From Eledone cirrhosa (taxonomy: Eukaryota): a stretch of DNA of 64,000 bases. Each line of letters begins with the position of its first letter. Within the stretch, counting starts at the first letter, position 1. The notes below the pieces were generated by a model. The model was not told where the DNA came from. It saw only the letters and a list, made by a program, of their open reading frames with translations, and did no database searches. The stretch is taken from contig OZ024742.1 in the NCBI GenBank assembly GCA_964016885.1, positions 146,134,001 through 146,198,000 of the forward strand. The letters run 5' to 3'. Both the position numbers and the translations under genes were made by a program. Of the stretch, positions 41,448 through 53,512 are shown in pieces.

Positions 41448-41857
41448 AGTGGAAATAGACTAGGATCTATATATATTTTGCATGATGAATATTTGCTGGA
41501 GATGCTCATTTGCATATAGCAAATAGAAAATATCAGTTGGAGCTCATTTGCACATAGTCCAGATTTAGCTGGCTATATTTAACTGAGGGTAGAACTGAGA
41601 CAACATTTAAACATTATAGGCATTATAGGGATGTATATGAAAGTATATACTATGTTTATATATAATACTATGAAAGAGAAAAATAATACTAGGAAAGAGA
41701 AAAAAGTTATTTTTCTCTATTTTTCTGTGAACACAACAGAGTGTCAGTAGCAGTTGAGAATTCAAGATTTGTTAATCTTTCATCAGTGTAAACATTGTGT
41801 TTATACTGTAAACTTGAAATATATATAGAAAACAACACATACACACACGCACGCACA

Positions 41858-41952
<95 letters not shown>

Positions 41953-41983
41953 TCACACACATCTGTCGTTCCACCCATACATA

Positions 41984-42036
<53 letters not shown>

Positions 42037-45000
42037 GGGAAGAAGACGCACGAGGTGACGGAGGTCATGAAATCGCTCCCGTAAGTTTTGAATTTTTAAC
42101 ATATTTAAACCATTTGTGAAATAACAACTCTTAGTACAAATGCTACGTAAAGCACCCGGCTTGAGCCCCAAAAAATTCGGACCCAAAATATATTGTTATA
42201 AGGCTCAAATATTCAAATATTCAACTTTGTATTGTACACTGTATATCCAAAAAAAAAATGGCTATAAATGGAAGAAGAACCCCTCCCCTCCTCTCCTCTG
42301 GCTACACTATATAGGACAGCTAAACTCACCAACACCAGAAACTAGATACACCACCCACCCCATCATCTGTGTACACTAAACACAACAGCCAGATAACGAC
42401 ACATTTTCACCTTCACCGCCACCGCTCACTACGGCCATCATTGCCACCACTATCCCATCACCGCCGCCGCCACCCCTTGACTCCGCTACAGCACCATCAC
42501 TACAGTAATACGGTCACATCACCGCCACCGCTGCCTCGGTATCGACATCACCACCACCACTGTCTCAGTATCGCTGGCGCCGCCAGTCTCCCACTTCCCT
42601 GCTGGCTGCTACTTCCACATTATAGAATTCCTACTACTAACAAAGAGGAAGGCATCAAAATATATAGATAGACCCAAAAGAAAAAAGAAAAAACAAACAA
42701 CAAAACCAAAGCAGCACAGCAACAACAGCAAAAAACGAGAAAAACAAACAGAGAAAAACAAAAACAAAAAAAAGAAACCCCAAAAACGTAAAGAAAATAA
42801 GAATGAAGAGAGAAGCAGGCGGACGGACAGAGAAGAGGGGGGAAAAAGTAAAACTTAAAAAACTAAAACTAAGTCAGACATTCGAACACTACATTACAAT
42901 GAAACTTATGCTTATTCATTTTTGGGGCCCTTTCTGCCTGTGTGTTTGTTTGTTTATGTGTGTTCGTATACAGCGTGGTGATAATGCCACACAAGGGCCA
43001 AGTGGGATGGCGGATCCACAGATGGCTATGTAAACATACATTCGCCAATCCTCGATAAGAGTGTTTAAATATCGAACATAAACAGTTCGAATAACGGTGA
43101 AATGGAGACTAGAACGTCATGTGACAGACTCTCACCCAACAGGTGCCCCCTGGCTCAGCAGCAGGAACCTGACTGTCAACCAAATACTGCTGATGTTGGA
43201 GGAAGGAGAAGAAGGAAAGGGGCCAGAACCAACTGGACGAAAGAATTGAATAGAACTGTTATGCAATGCTACCTGAAAAGTAACCCCAAGGAGAGGGGCT
43301 ACAGGAGACGGATGCATAACATCTGGAACGAGATTGGTTTATTTAAATTAGATGAACAAAAATTGGCCGGGCAGGCTCGGGTAATAAGAACTAATGGGTG
43401 GATAAGCGAGCTGGAACTGGAGGAACTGAGCAGAGAGAATGGCTTGGAGATGGCGGGTGTAGTATGCCAGACAAGCGAGCCGGTGGGAAATGAAGGTGAG
43501 GAGGTCCTGAGAACGGAGGAACCACCCGAAGCAGACAATGATCTGAGTACTGAGATAAATAATACCTGGAACAGAGATACGGCCACTGAGGAGATGAATG
43601 CTGACGGGCTAGGACAAGATTCGGTTGACATCCTAAATTTAGTGGTAGATGAACTGAACAATGATAGTGGGAGACCTATGAACCTAAGATTTGTAGACAG
43701 GAAAAAGTTAAAAGAAACAACAGCTAAGGTAAACAAAGTCATCCCATACCTTGAGGCGAGGAGCCTTCACCAGTGCAACAATATCCTCAGAGCAACAGCA
43801 AATACGGTGAGGAAACTACTTGGTATAAAAGCGAGAGGAAACAACAGACAAGAAAGAGCAGAGCCGTGGTGGAAGAAGCGACTGAGTGGGCAAATCGGGG
43901 AAATGAGAAATGACATAGGAAAGCTTGAGTCACTACTGAATGGGACACTAAAAAACATAGGCACTAAAAATAGACTGGAAATAAAATACAAAACTAGGAG
44001 TAAAAAGCTAAATATTATCATAGAGGAATTGAAGCAACGCATTGTAGCAAAGAGTGCAAAAATCAGGCGATACGAGAACAGAGTCAGTCAGTATAAACAG
44101 AACCGCATGTTCGACAACAACCAGAAGATGCTGTTTGGACAGCTTGAGGGCAAAGAAAGAGGCAACGACTTGATCCCTGGGGCGGAGCAAACTAAAACAT
44201 TCTGGAGAGGAATATGGGAGCAGGATGTTAGACACAATGCCCAGGCAGGGTGGATTGAGACAGTACAGAGGGAGATCGGTGAGCAGGCACAGCAACAGAC
44301 TGATTTGAGTATCACAGTTGAAACTCTTAAGGGGCAAGCCAAAAAACTAACCAACTGGAAATCACCAGGCCCAGATGGTGTGCAGGGGTATTGGATTAAA
44401 CATCTAACATCCCTCCACCCGAAGCTGACGGCCATGTTCAATGACTGCTTGGTGTCGGGTGAGGTGCCAGAGTGGTTGACAAAAGGTACCACAGTTCTGA
44501 TAATGAAAGACCGAATCAAGGGTAATGATGCTACCAACTATAGACCTATCACATGTCTGCCCGTAATGTGGAAACTGTTGACGAGCATTGTGTCTGAGGA
44601 AATCTACCATCACCTCCACACAAACAACTTGTTACCGGACGAACAGAAAGGATGCCGAAAGAAGTCACGTGGTACAAAGGACCAGTTGCTTATTGATAAG
44701 ATGGTAATGGGGAATTGCAGGAGGAGACACACTGATCTTGCCATGGGATGGATAGACTACAGAAAGGCATTTGACATGGTGCCTCATTCCTGGATCACCA
44801 AAAGCTTGGAGATCTTCAGGGTGGCAGATAACATCAGACAGTTGCTAGGCAGGAGTATGGGGTCCTGGGAGACAGAGTTGACATCAACTGGAGTATCCTT
44901 GGGAAGCGTGAAGATCAAGAGAGGTATCTTCCAGGGAGATAGCCTGTCCCCTCTGTTGTTTGTCCTTGCCCTGATGCCCTTGACCATTATGCTGCGAAAA

Positions 45001-46568
45001 GTGAGAGCAGGATACAAGTTGGGAAGGGGAGAGCTTACCATCAATCACCTCCTCTTCATGGACGATCTTAAGCTCTTCGGGAAAAGTGAGAAGGAGTTGG
45101 ATGTGCTTGTTGACACTGTCCGTATTTTCAGCAGTGATATATGTATGCAGTTTGGTATTGGTAAATGTGGAGTCATTGTGATGAAGAGGGGTAGGTTGAG
45201 CAGAAGTAACGGGATCCAGATACCAACAGGTGAGATAATAAAGGAAATTGACTCTGAGGAAGGATACAAGTATTTGGGCGTTCTGGAGGCTGATGGCATA
45301 AAGAACAAAAAAATGAAGGAATTGTTAAGAACTGAATACATTCGGAGAGTAAGGAGCGTATTGAAGTCACATCTGAACAGCAGAAATGCCATAAGCGCAG
45401 TAAATTCCCGAGCTGTGTCTATTATTAGGTACAGTGCGGGAATTCTGAGATGGAATGTTGCTGAACAGAAAGAAATGGATAGGAAGACTAGGAAGCTATT
45501 GACTATCTACAACATGTTCCACAAGAGGAGTGATGTCGATAGACTCTACCTAAGGAGATCTGAGGGTGGAAGAGGTCTTATCAGCATAGAGGACTGTGTT
45601 CAGATGGAGAAAAACAACCTATACAAATACGTGACCTATAGTAAGGAGCCAATGCTCAGAACTGTACTGAAGGAGGGGACAGTAGGCCAGGGGATGTCCA
45701 GGGAAGAAATAACATCAAGGAGGAAGAGCAGCCTTAAGGGAAAACCCCTTCATAGTACCTTCTTTGAGAAAACTGAATTTAGAGATCCACAGACATGGAA
45801 CTGGTTGAGAAGAGGAGACCTCAAAAAGGCTACAGAAGGAATGCTAATGGCTGCACAGGAGCAGGCCCTCAAAACGAAGTGGTTGAAGCACCATATCTAC
45901 AAGGAGGAGGCTAGCCCACTGTGCAGGATCTGTGGAGAGAGAGAGGAGACTGTGGCTCACATTGTGTCCGAGTGTAAACACCTAGCCCAGACCCACTATA
46001 AGGGCTGGAGACACGATGTGATGGGCAGGGTGATCCACTGGCACCTGTGCAAAGTAAACAATCTACCACATTCTGAGAAATGGTATGAGCATAGGCCAGA
46101 GGCGGTGATGGAGAACAATCAGGTGAAGGTGCTGTGGGATTTTAGGATACAGACGGACAAAAAACTGGAACACAATAGACCTGACCTGGTGGTTGTGGAC
46201 AAAGAAAAAAGATCGTGCCTGATTGTGGATGTGGCCTGCCCGTTCGACACGAGAGTGCAAGAGAAGGAGAGGGAGAAAATTAACCGATACCAGGACCTAA
46301 AGTGGGAGGTGAAAAGGATTTGGAACTGCCATGAAGTCAAAGTGATCCCGATTGTCATAGGCGCACTGGGGACTATCTCCAAAAGTTTCCAGGGATGGTT
46401 AAAGAAAATCGGCCCCTTCACGCTTTTTGGAATGCTTCAAAAGGCATGCTTGCTTGGAACAGCAAGAACCCTCCGATACGTCCTGAATATCTGAGGCTGC
46501 AGGTAGTGGCTTGATATTCAATCCAACGGACTTTCCAGTTAACCAACATCAATGACTGAGATTCAAGG
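42037..46568 (+). mobile_element. Apparently full-length R4/Dong-like non-LTR retrotransposon (RT + restriction-like endonuclease)
   Basis: Flanked by (TAA)n at about 41984-42036 and 46569-46602; contains one uninterrupted 1130-aa ORF and a short 3' UTR. The 5' boundary is inferred from the microsatellite junction. Confidence 0.85.
43102..46494 (+). CDS. Retrotransposon ORF: reverse transcriptase, CCHC zinc knuckle and PD-(D/E)xK REL endonuclease
   Basis: Motifs WKSPGPDG, NYRPITCL, DYRKAFD, GIFQGDSLSP, LFMDD, YKYLG, CRIC..EETVAHIVSEC, RHD, RPDLVV..DVACPFD..EK..RY; no stops or frameshifts. Confidence 0.95.
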   Translation: METRTSCDRLSPNRCPLAQQQEPDCQPNTADVGGRRRRKGARTNWTKELNRTVMQCYLKSNPKERGYRRRMHNIWNEIGLFKLDEQKLAGQARVIRTNGWISELELEELSRENGLEMAGVVCQTSEPVGNEGEEVLRTEEPPEADNDLSTEINNTWNRDTATEEMNADGLGQDSVDILNLVVDELNNDSGRPMNLRFVDRKKLKETTAKVNKVIPYLEARSLHQCNNILRATANTVRKLLGIKARGNNRQERAEPWWKKRLSGQIGEMRNDIGKLESLLNGTLKNIGTKNRLEIKYKTRSKKLNIIIEELKQRIVAKSAKIRRYENRVSQYKQNRMFDNNQKMLFGQLEGKERGNDLIPGAEQTKTFWRGIWEQDVRHNAQAGWIETVQREIGEQAQQQTDLSITVETLKGQAKKLTNWKSPGPDGVQGYWIKHLTSLHPKLTAMFNDCLVSGEVPEWLTKGTTVLIMKDRIKGNDATNYRPITCLPVMWKLLTSIVSEEIYHHLHTNNLLPDEQKGCRKKSRGTKDQLLIDKMVMGNCRRRHTDLAMGWIDYRKAFDMVPHSWITKSLEIFRVADNIRQLLGRSMGSWETELTSTGVSLGSVKIKRGIFQGDSLSPLLFVLALMPLTIMLRKVRAGYKLGRGELTINHLLFMDDLKLFGKSEKELDVLVDTVRIFSSDICMQFGIGKCGVIVMKRGRLSRSNGIQIPTGEIIKEIDSEEGYKYLGVLEADGIKNKKMKELLRTEYIRRVRSVLKSHLNSRNAISAVNSRAVSIIRYSAGILRWNVAEQKEMDRKTRKLLTIYNMFHKRSDVDRLYLRRSEGGRGLISIEDCVQMEKNNLYKYVTYSKEPMLRTVLKEGTVGQGMSREEITSRRKSSLKGKPLHSTFFEKTEFRDPQTWNWLRRGDLKKATEGMLMAAQEQALKTKWLKHHIYKEEASPLCRICGEREETVAHIVSECKHLAQTHYKGWRHDVMGRVIHWHLCKVNNLPHSEKWYEHRPEAVMENNQVKVLWDFRIQTDKKLEHNRPDLVVVDKEKRSCLIVDVACPFDTRVQEKEREKINRYQDLKWEVKRIWNCHEVKVIPIVIGALGTISKSFQGWLKKIGPFTLFGMLQKACLLGTARTLRYVLNI

Positions 46569-46602
46569 AATAACAATAACAATAATAATAATAATAATAA
46601 TA

Positions 46603-49311
46603 GTGTCGGCCAAAGCTGCTCGTATAAGGCGCTTTGAAAAACGATCTAGATTCTATAAGGACAATAATATGTTCAAAAACAACCAAAGAAACTTCTACAG
46701 AAAAATTGGTAAGTCAACAATAACTGCTAAATCAATACCACCCAAGGAGGAAGTGCAAGAATTCTGGGAAAAGATCTGGGCCGAAGAAAAAGTTCATAAC
46801 ATACATGCCCCATGGATAGACAGACAAATGAAAGAAACAGCTCACCTTGAAGAACAAACATGGGAAAATATAACAGTTGAACAGCTGCGCTTGGCTCTAA
46901 GAAAAACCAGCAAATGGAAATCCCCAGGAAAAGACAAAATACAAAACTTTTGGATAAATGCCTTCACAGAGTCTCATGAGCTGTTAGCCCAACTTTACAA
47001 TGAAATAGTTAAGGAGCCAGAAAAGATACCATCATGGCTAGTTAACGGCATTACATTCCTGCTACCGAAGAATGATGAGACAAACAATCCCAAAAATTAC
47101 AGACCAATAACCTGCTTCACCACAATGTATAAAATTTTAACATCAGTCCTAACTGAATACACATATGACCACCTGATAACAAATGACCTATTTCCCATTG
47201 AGCAGAAAGGGTGTAAACGAGGCTCATATGGCTGTAAGGATCAGCTTCTGGTTAACAAAATGATACTGGAAGATTGTCATAATAGACACAAAAATCTATC
47301 GATTGCTTGGATAGATTATAAAAAAGCATTCGATAGTTTGCCACACAGTTGGATTGAAAAATGTTTAGAGATTTTCAAAATATCCCCCGTTGTCAGGAGG
47401 TTTTTGTCATTCAGTATGAGGACATGGAGAACGACACTCCTTTTGAATAGTGAAACAAAATCACTGGAAGCTGGAGAAGTTAATATTAATTGTGGAATTT
47501 TTCAGGGTGACTCTTTATCACCGCTTTTATTCTGCATCGCACTTATACCATTAAGTAAAATGCTCAATGAAACAAAACATGGATATAGAGTCTATGACAA
47601 AACCATTAATCACTTGTTCTACATGGATGACCTGAAACTATTTGCAAAAAATGATGAACAATTGCAAGGGCTATTATCCACTGTGAAGCAGTTCAGTGAT
47701 GACATTAAAATGGAGTTTGGACTGGATAAATGCGCCAAAGCAACGTTCACCAGAGGAAAGCTGCTGAAGAGTTCAGACATTAATCTTGATCGGGGGGAAC
47801 GTGATAAGAGAGCTTGATCAAGAAAAAACTTACAAATATCTAGGTGTTTGTGAAGAAGACGGAATCAAGCACTCGACAATGAGGGAAAGGATAAGGAAGG
47901 AATGTTACCGCAGAGTCAGAGCAATCTTAAGAACGGAATTGAATGCAAGGAATAGGATCGATGCCATAAACACGCTTGCCATACCAGTAGTAACCTACAG
48001 TTACAATGTCATCAACTGGTCAAGCACAGAGATCCGTAGGCTCGATACAAAAATCCGAAAATTCTTAACCATGCACAGAATGCATCACCCTAAGGCAGAC
48101 ATAGATAGAATATATCTCCCTAGGAAAGAAGGAGGATGTGGGTTAATCCAGTTAGACATTGCGTTGAAAACTGCAACAATTGGATTATCCACATATCTAA
48201 GGGAATCACATGATTGGATGATCAAACACGTTTTGAAACACGAAAGCACCAAAAGATCATATTCCATTACAAAAGATGCACAAAGATACAGTAATGGACT
48301 ACAAATTTCAGAAGTCCCATTTACTGCTGAAATGGAAAACACAGAAAAAGCAAAGCAGGTAAAAGTAACTGCAAAGAAAGAACTGCTACAGAAACTGGCT
48401 AAGAAATGGCAAGAAAAGCCTCTGTATGGAAAATACCCAGAGCGAGCTAACAATCCTGATGTTGACAAAACTTTAACCCATCAGTGGTTGGCATCCTCTG
48501 GACTGAAATCGGAGACTGAAGGACTGATTATATCGGCACAAGATCAGTGTCTGCCAACAAAAAATTACCAAGCCAACATAATAAAAAATGGGTGCAGCCC
48601 ATTATGCCGTGTATGCAAAAAACAACCAGAGACCATTGACCATATAATTTCAATGTGCAGTCCTATAGCTCCAACCGAATACCTAAACAGACATGACAGA
48701 GCTGCACAATACATACATTGGATAATGTGTAAGCATTTTGACCTGCCCCATCAAAAGAATTGGTGGGAGCATCAACCACCTCCCATACTTGAAAAAGATC
48801 ACATCTCAATCTTGTGGAACTTTAGCATCCAAACAGACCGAAAAATAGATGCAAATAGACCTGATATAATATTGAAGGACTTTCAAAGGAGGGTATGCCT
48901 GCTAATTGACATGTCTGTTCCAATAGACAAGAATGTATCTATAAAAACATTTGAAAAATTGAGCAAGTATAAGGACCTGGAGATAGAAATTGGAAAAATG
49001 TGGAAATTGAGAACTAAAACAATACCAGTGGTTGTAGGCGCTCTGGGAATGATACCTAAGGGGTCTAACGACTACTTATCGCAAATCCCAGGAAACCCGC
49101 GTATAGGAGAAATACAAAAGATAGTACTAATGGGAACTGCCCATATACTAAGGAAGATCCTGTCAATATAAGTACATCACAAGTCTAAACACTAAGGATG
49201 CATGTGTGAATATGTATGTTCTTTCTTGAATATGGCGGACCTTGTTGTCTCTTGAGGTCACTGGTTGTGACTTGGTGATAACTCGTATGAACATAAAGCA
49301 AGATAAATGCA
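46603..49311 (+). mobile_element. Second, divergent, 5'-truncated R4/Dong-like element with one frameshift near 47790
   Basis: ORFs 46552-47817 (RT: FQGDSLSP, FYMDD) and 47786-49171 (CRVC..ETIDHIISMC, RHD, RPD..DMS) overlap in different frames. The element starts directly after (TAA)n and ends in (TAA)n at 49312-49329. Confidence 0.9.
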
Positions 49312-49329
49312 AATAATAATAATAATAAT

Positions 49330-49822
49330 GAAATTATTGCATACAGTGCTCAGATGCACTACAGCTCATCAAAGGTGCATGTATAGTATATAGAATAATG
49401 TACAAATGTCAGGAAAGTGAACAGTGTATGAGTCATGATATACATGTGTGCAATGTGTATGGAGGGGGTATATCAGGTGTAGTGTTGGCGAATTTCAAGA
49501 AACATGGAGATTTTAAAGGATGCAGTGTCTTGACAGCTAACAACTGATGCAGGTAGTTTATTCCATGCTTCAGCAACTCTGAGTGCGAAAAAATGTTTCC
49601 AAAAGTCATAGGAGCTGTGCTGTTTTCTGACTTTGTTGGCATGCCCACGGGTGTTAGACACATGGAATTCAAAAAGGTGCTCATGGTTGTTGGTGGCAAG
49701 ATGCTTAATAATCTTGTGGGTGTTTACCAAGTCAGTTGCCAGACATTGGAACTTCAATGTATCCATGCCCAGGGAAGCAAGGCATTCAGAGTATGGTAGA
49801 TGCTTGATGGAGAGTATTTGCT
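49330..49822 (-). mobile_element. CR1-like LINE 3' remnant with a (TTA)n tail
   Basis: Translates ...LFEFHVSNTRGHANKVRKQHSSYDFWKHFFALRVAEAWNKLPASVV, the CR1 ORF2 C-terminus. The same 3' end (gcacctgagcactgt..aataatttcattattatt) recurs at about 3120-3180, 8655-8880, 13300-13530 and 28910-29045. Confidence 0.8.
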
Positions 49823-50183
49823 TACATACATACATCGGCACATCTGCATATATATATATGTTTTGGAGTTATTGAGTTGTACTTGTCTGGCAAGAGACTT
49901 GATCTGAGATTGTGTGTTGAAACTAAATCAATTACATCTGCAAAAATCATTCTAGCCATTCAAAAACAGATAAAAACAATGTTAACTTCACTTTACAATT
50001 AACATTTTATTTCTTGTAAATCTAAAGTGAATTTTTTTTTGGTTTTTCAATGACTACAATGATGTAATTGATCTAGTTTTAACACACAATCTCAGATCAA
50101 GTCATTTGCCAGACAAGTACAACTCTATAACTCTATAACTCTAATATGTATATATATGCAGATGTTCAGATGTATGTATGTAT
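49823..50183. mobile_element. Fold-back/MITE-like element with long terminal inverted repeats
   Basis: gagttgtacttgtctggcaagagacttgatctgagattgtgtgttgaaac... is mirrored by ...gttttaacacacaatctcagatcaagtcatttgccagacaagtacaactc; the symmetry extends into flanking catctgcatatata/tatatgcagatg. Confidence 0.7.
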
Positions 50184-52589
50184 GTATGTATGTATGTATG
50201 TATGTATGTATGTATGTATGTATGTATGTATGTATGTATGTATGTATGTATGTATGCATACATGTATGTGTGCATATGTGTGTGTGCATGCATTGTTTTC
50301 TATCTCGTATATTTCAAATTAACTATTAAGCCTATTTATATTTCTAGTTCTGGTTGTATTGGAGACATGATAACAGCATCCAATCCAGACTGTAAAGTGG
50401 TTGTTTTGGTGACGACAAAAGTGTCCAGTCCACACTGTAATGTGGTTGTGTTGGTGTCATCACAAAAAGTGCCTAGTCCACACTGTAAAGTGGTTATTTT
50501 GGTGCTACAATAAAAGGCACTCAGTCCACACTTCCACACTGTAAATGTGGTTGGCATTAGGAAGGGCATCCAGTTGTAGAAACCAAGCCAGAAATGGTAC
50601 TGTGTGAGTAAGATACAGTCATGTGATTTGACTTGTCTCACAACAGGACAGCTTGTCTAACCCATGCTAGCAGGGAAAATGGACATTAAATGATGATGAT
50701 GATAAGTAAATGGCAAATGATTCTTTAGCTAACATAATATTTATTTATTTATTTATTCAATGAAAGAAATATTCTAACAGAAGACATCTAATGGTATTTT
50801 TAAAATGTTAATTGTTTTGATACCAAATTCCCTGAAATTGCCCTTGTTCTATGATACATGATCGTTTTAAGGGGTTTATATTTATCAAAAAATTTCCATC
50901 ATAATATTATGTAAGAACACTTGTTAAGTTATGTTCAAAACAGAAGTTTAATAATGAGAAAGTTATTTCACTAAATCACTCCAAATTCTTTGATTATTTT
51001 CAAAATGAATCTAAAACCATAGGAAATGAATTTCATTAGAATTGTAATGAAAGGGTTAAAGCATCAATCTTTATTCATTTTCCAACATTTGTTTTAAAAA
51101 AAGAATTAATGTGAATGTTATCTTGGTCTCAGAAATCACTTATGGAATGTATATGTAGGATATTTTGATTTAATTATATTTTGACACCAACAATTATAGG
51201 TCTTCCTACATCATTGTGTAATGCACGTTTTCTAGGATCTTTCAGGTTTTTCAACATCACATACACTCATCCTGACAACTCAGTCTGATTTGATCAACCA
51301 CCCCACTCCCGACTTATGTCCAGGAAGCACTTACTCTTCCATTTCCCTTCTTTCTTGATTCAAAACCATCTAGCATGAAGTGACATCTGCTGCTTCTTTT
51401 GCTTTCAAAAAGATCTTATATATTTTCTTTAGAGAATAATAACTAATTAAGTTTAGCAGATTTTGTTGAAAATCACCCTCTTTATAATTGAAGGTAAAAG
51501 TATAGTTTTAGTTAGATTTTCAAGAAATTAAGTTATGTGACAAATAACATCTTAATAATAAAATAATTAATAATTTTAGTAAATCCCTCCAAATTCCTCA
51601 TTAATTAATTGAAGTACATTATGAATGAGGTCATAAATGTGTAAAAATACTGTAGAAATCATCATTTACATCATCGTTTAACATCTATTTTCTATGCTTG
51701 CTAAGGTTAGAAAGCTGTCACATGCTGAGGCCTGACTGATCAGGTGACTATGTCCTGTTTGTACATTTTGTTTTGGCTTGGTTTCTATGGCTATATGCCG
51801 TTCCTAACACCAACCACTTTACACTGTTTATTCCGAGCATTTTATCATGACACTGGCACTGCCACTTTTACAAGGTGGACTGGGTGCATTTTGTCATGGC
51901 ACCAGCACTACCACCTTACAGGGTAGATTGGATGCTTTTATTGTGGTATCGGCACTATCTCAGGAGGTATTTGGTGGGGGCGGGAGGAGGGGGGGTCATG
52001 ATGATAGCCTTCAAGCAAATGGATGTAGTCTGACATATTGTGGGGTGTGTCTGGTTTCCCTTGATAGCTAAAAAGGGTGTTTATATACTGCTTGGAACTA
52101 GTGGGTGGGTGATGTCTGTCATTTTGAGGTGTGCCAGGCTTCCCTGGGTTGGGGGTTCAAGGTTTCAGCAGGTGTGGTGAATCAGTCAAGGTTCATTCTA
52201 GCTTTCCCTGCTAGCATCTGTTGGGTGAGGCAAAGATCTGAGAGTTGTTTCATCGCTCTGCTTCTTTAAGTTTAGGGTGGAGAAGGGTTTAGGGGCTTTC
52301 TAGTAGAGAATTTAGGAGTATACTGGCAGGCAAGATGTGAGACATAAGTGTTGTAACACCTAACTGCTTCTTTGGGTTTAGGGTGGAGAGAGGTATGTGG
52401 TTTGCCATCCTATTTGTCTTGCTTCATTCCACTTGGTGAGTTCTCTATGTTACGGAATATTGCCAGTTTTTTTGATTTGGGTCATCTTTTTTGTGAGCTG
52501 CATGAAATAAGCTCTTGTCACATCTTCCCATGTTTTGCTAGGCCTTCCCCTTCAAGGTTCCTTTGACTTTGTGCATTCTGTATACAATT

Positions 52590-53275
52590 TGCCTTTCACT
52601 CTGAAAGAGAGACTTTTGTAGCAAACAGTGGTAGTAATTCCCTAAATATTTTCTAGCCCATTTTCACTTTGGCTACTGTAGTTTCAGAACTCCACTGCTG
52701 ATTTGGTGCCCCAGGTAACAAAAGCAGTCGACTATTTCTAGGGAGCCATCTGAGTATTTGACAAAGCTTGTTTCCTGTGAGCTCTTCTTAGTTACTGTTC
52801 CTGTAAATCAACCACATACAAAGCCTACATTCTTTGCTTGTCTTCCTGTGATGCCACTACATATTTTGTGTACCCATAGCGTACATTTTGTATATAAGAT
52901 GGAATTTCTACCTACTTCTTTCCTGCATACTGAGCAGGACCATTACTCTGAGGAAATTAGGACCCTATTTTCTTTTTTGCTTACTAGGACTTTAATCTTT
53001 GCTAGGTTGATTAATGCCTTTTGATTCCAGGTTTTGCAGTTGTCTCACAAGGAAGAGTGCATCTGTGATACTTTTACCAGGCATAAAGCCAAACTGCATC
53101 TCATCTACATTAATTCTATTCTGAATTAGTTGTACAATAGCTCTTGCAGTAACTTTCATGACCTCGTCCATCAACTTAATGCATTTGTAGTTTCCTTTGT
53201 CCAGTTCATCTCCTTTGCCCTTGTAGTAGTTGACGATGATCTATTATATCAGCCATTAGGGATGACACTGTCTAA
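52590..53275 (-). pseudogene. Degraded RTE reverse-transcriptase fragment
   Basis: MDEVMKVTARAIVQLIQNRINVDEMQFGFMPGKSITDALFLVRQLQ matches the 5456-6163 ORF. Confidence 0.75.
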
Positions 53276-53367
53276 AATTTTAAAGCATTTGATAAACTTC
53301 CCCTCCTACATTTAACTAAGTTTTATGATTGGTTACCACACGAATTAATGAAGAAACACCTACCTAC

Positions 53368-53512
53368 CTCAAGGTGATCCTTGACGATCTTGAAATAAAC
53401 TCCTTCTGTCCACCATGATCAGCATAAAGGCGACCACAGATTTTTTCAGCTGGTACTGTGGAAGGATCAGCAAATCCATCATATATTGCCAGAGCTGCCT
53501 CTTCACAATACA
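53368..53512 (-). CDS. Host gene exon B: central part of the CUB domain
   Basis: Acceptor ctctcaactcag| and donor |gtaggt; 145 nt, phase 1/2. In frame with exon A it reads (V)YCEEAALAIYDGFADPSTVPAEKICGRLYADHGGQKEFISRSSRITL(R), with the CUB C..D/A.L.IYDG and CG motifs. This frame is not in the ORF track. Confidence 0.88.
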
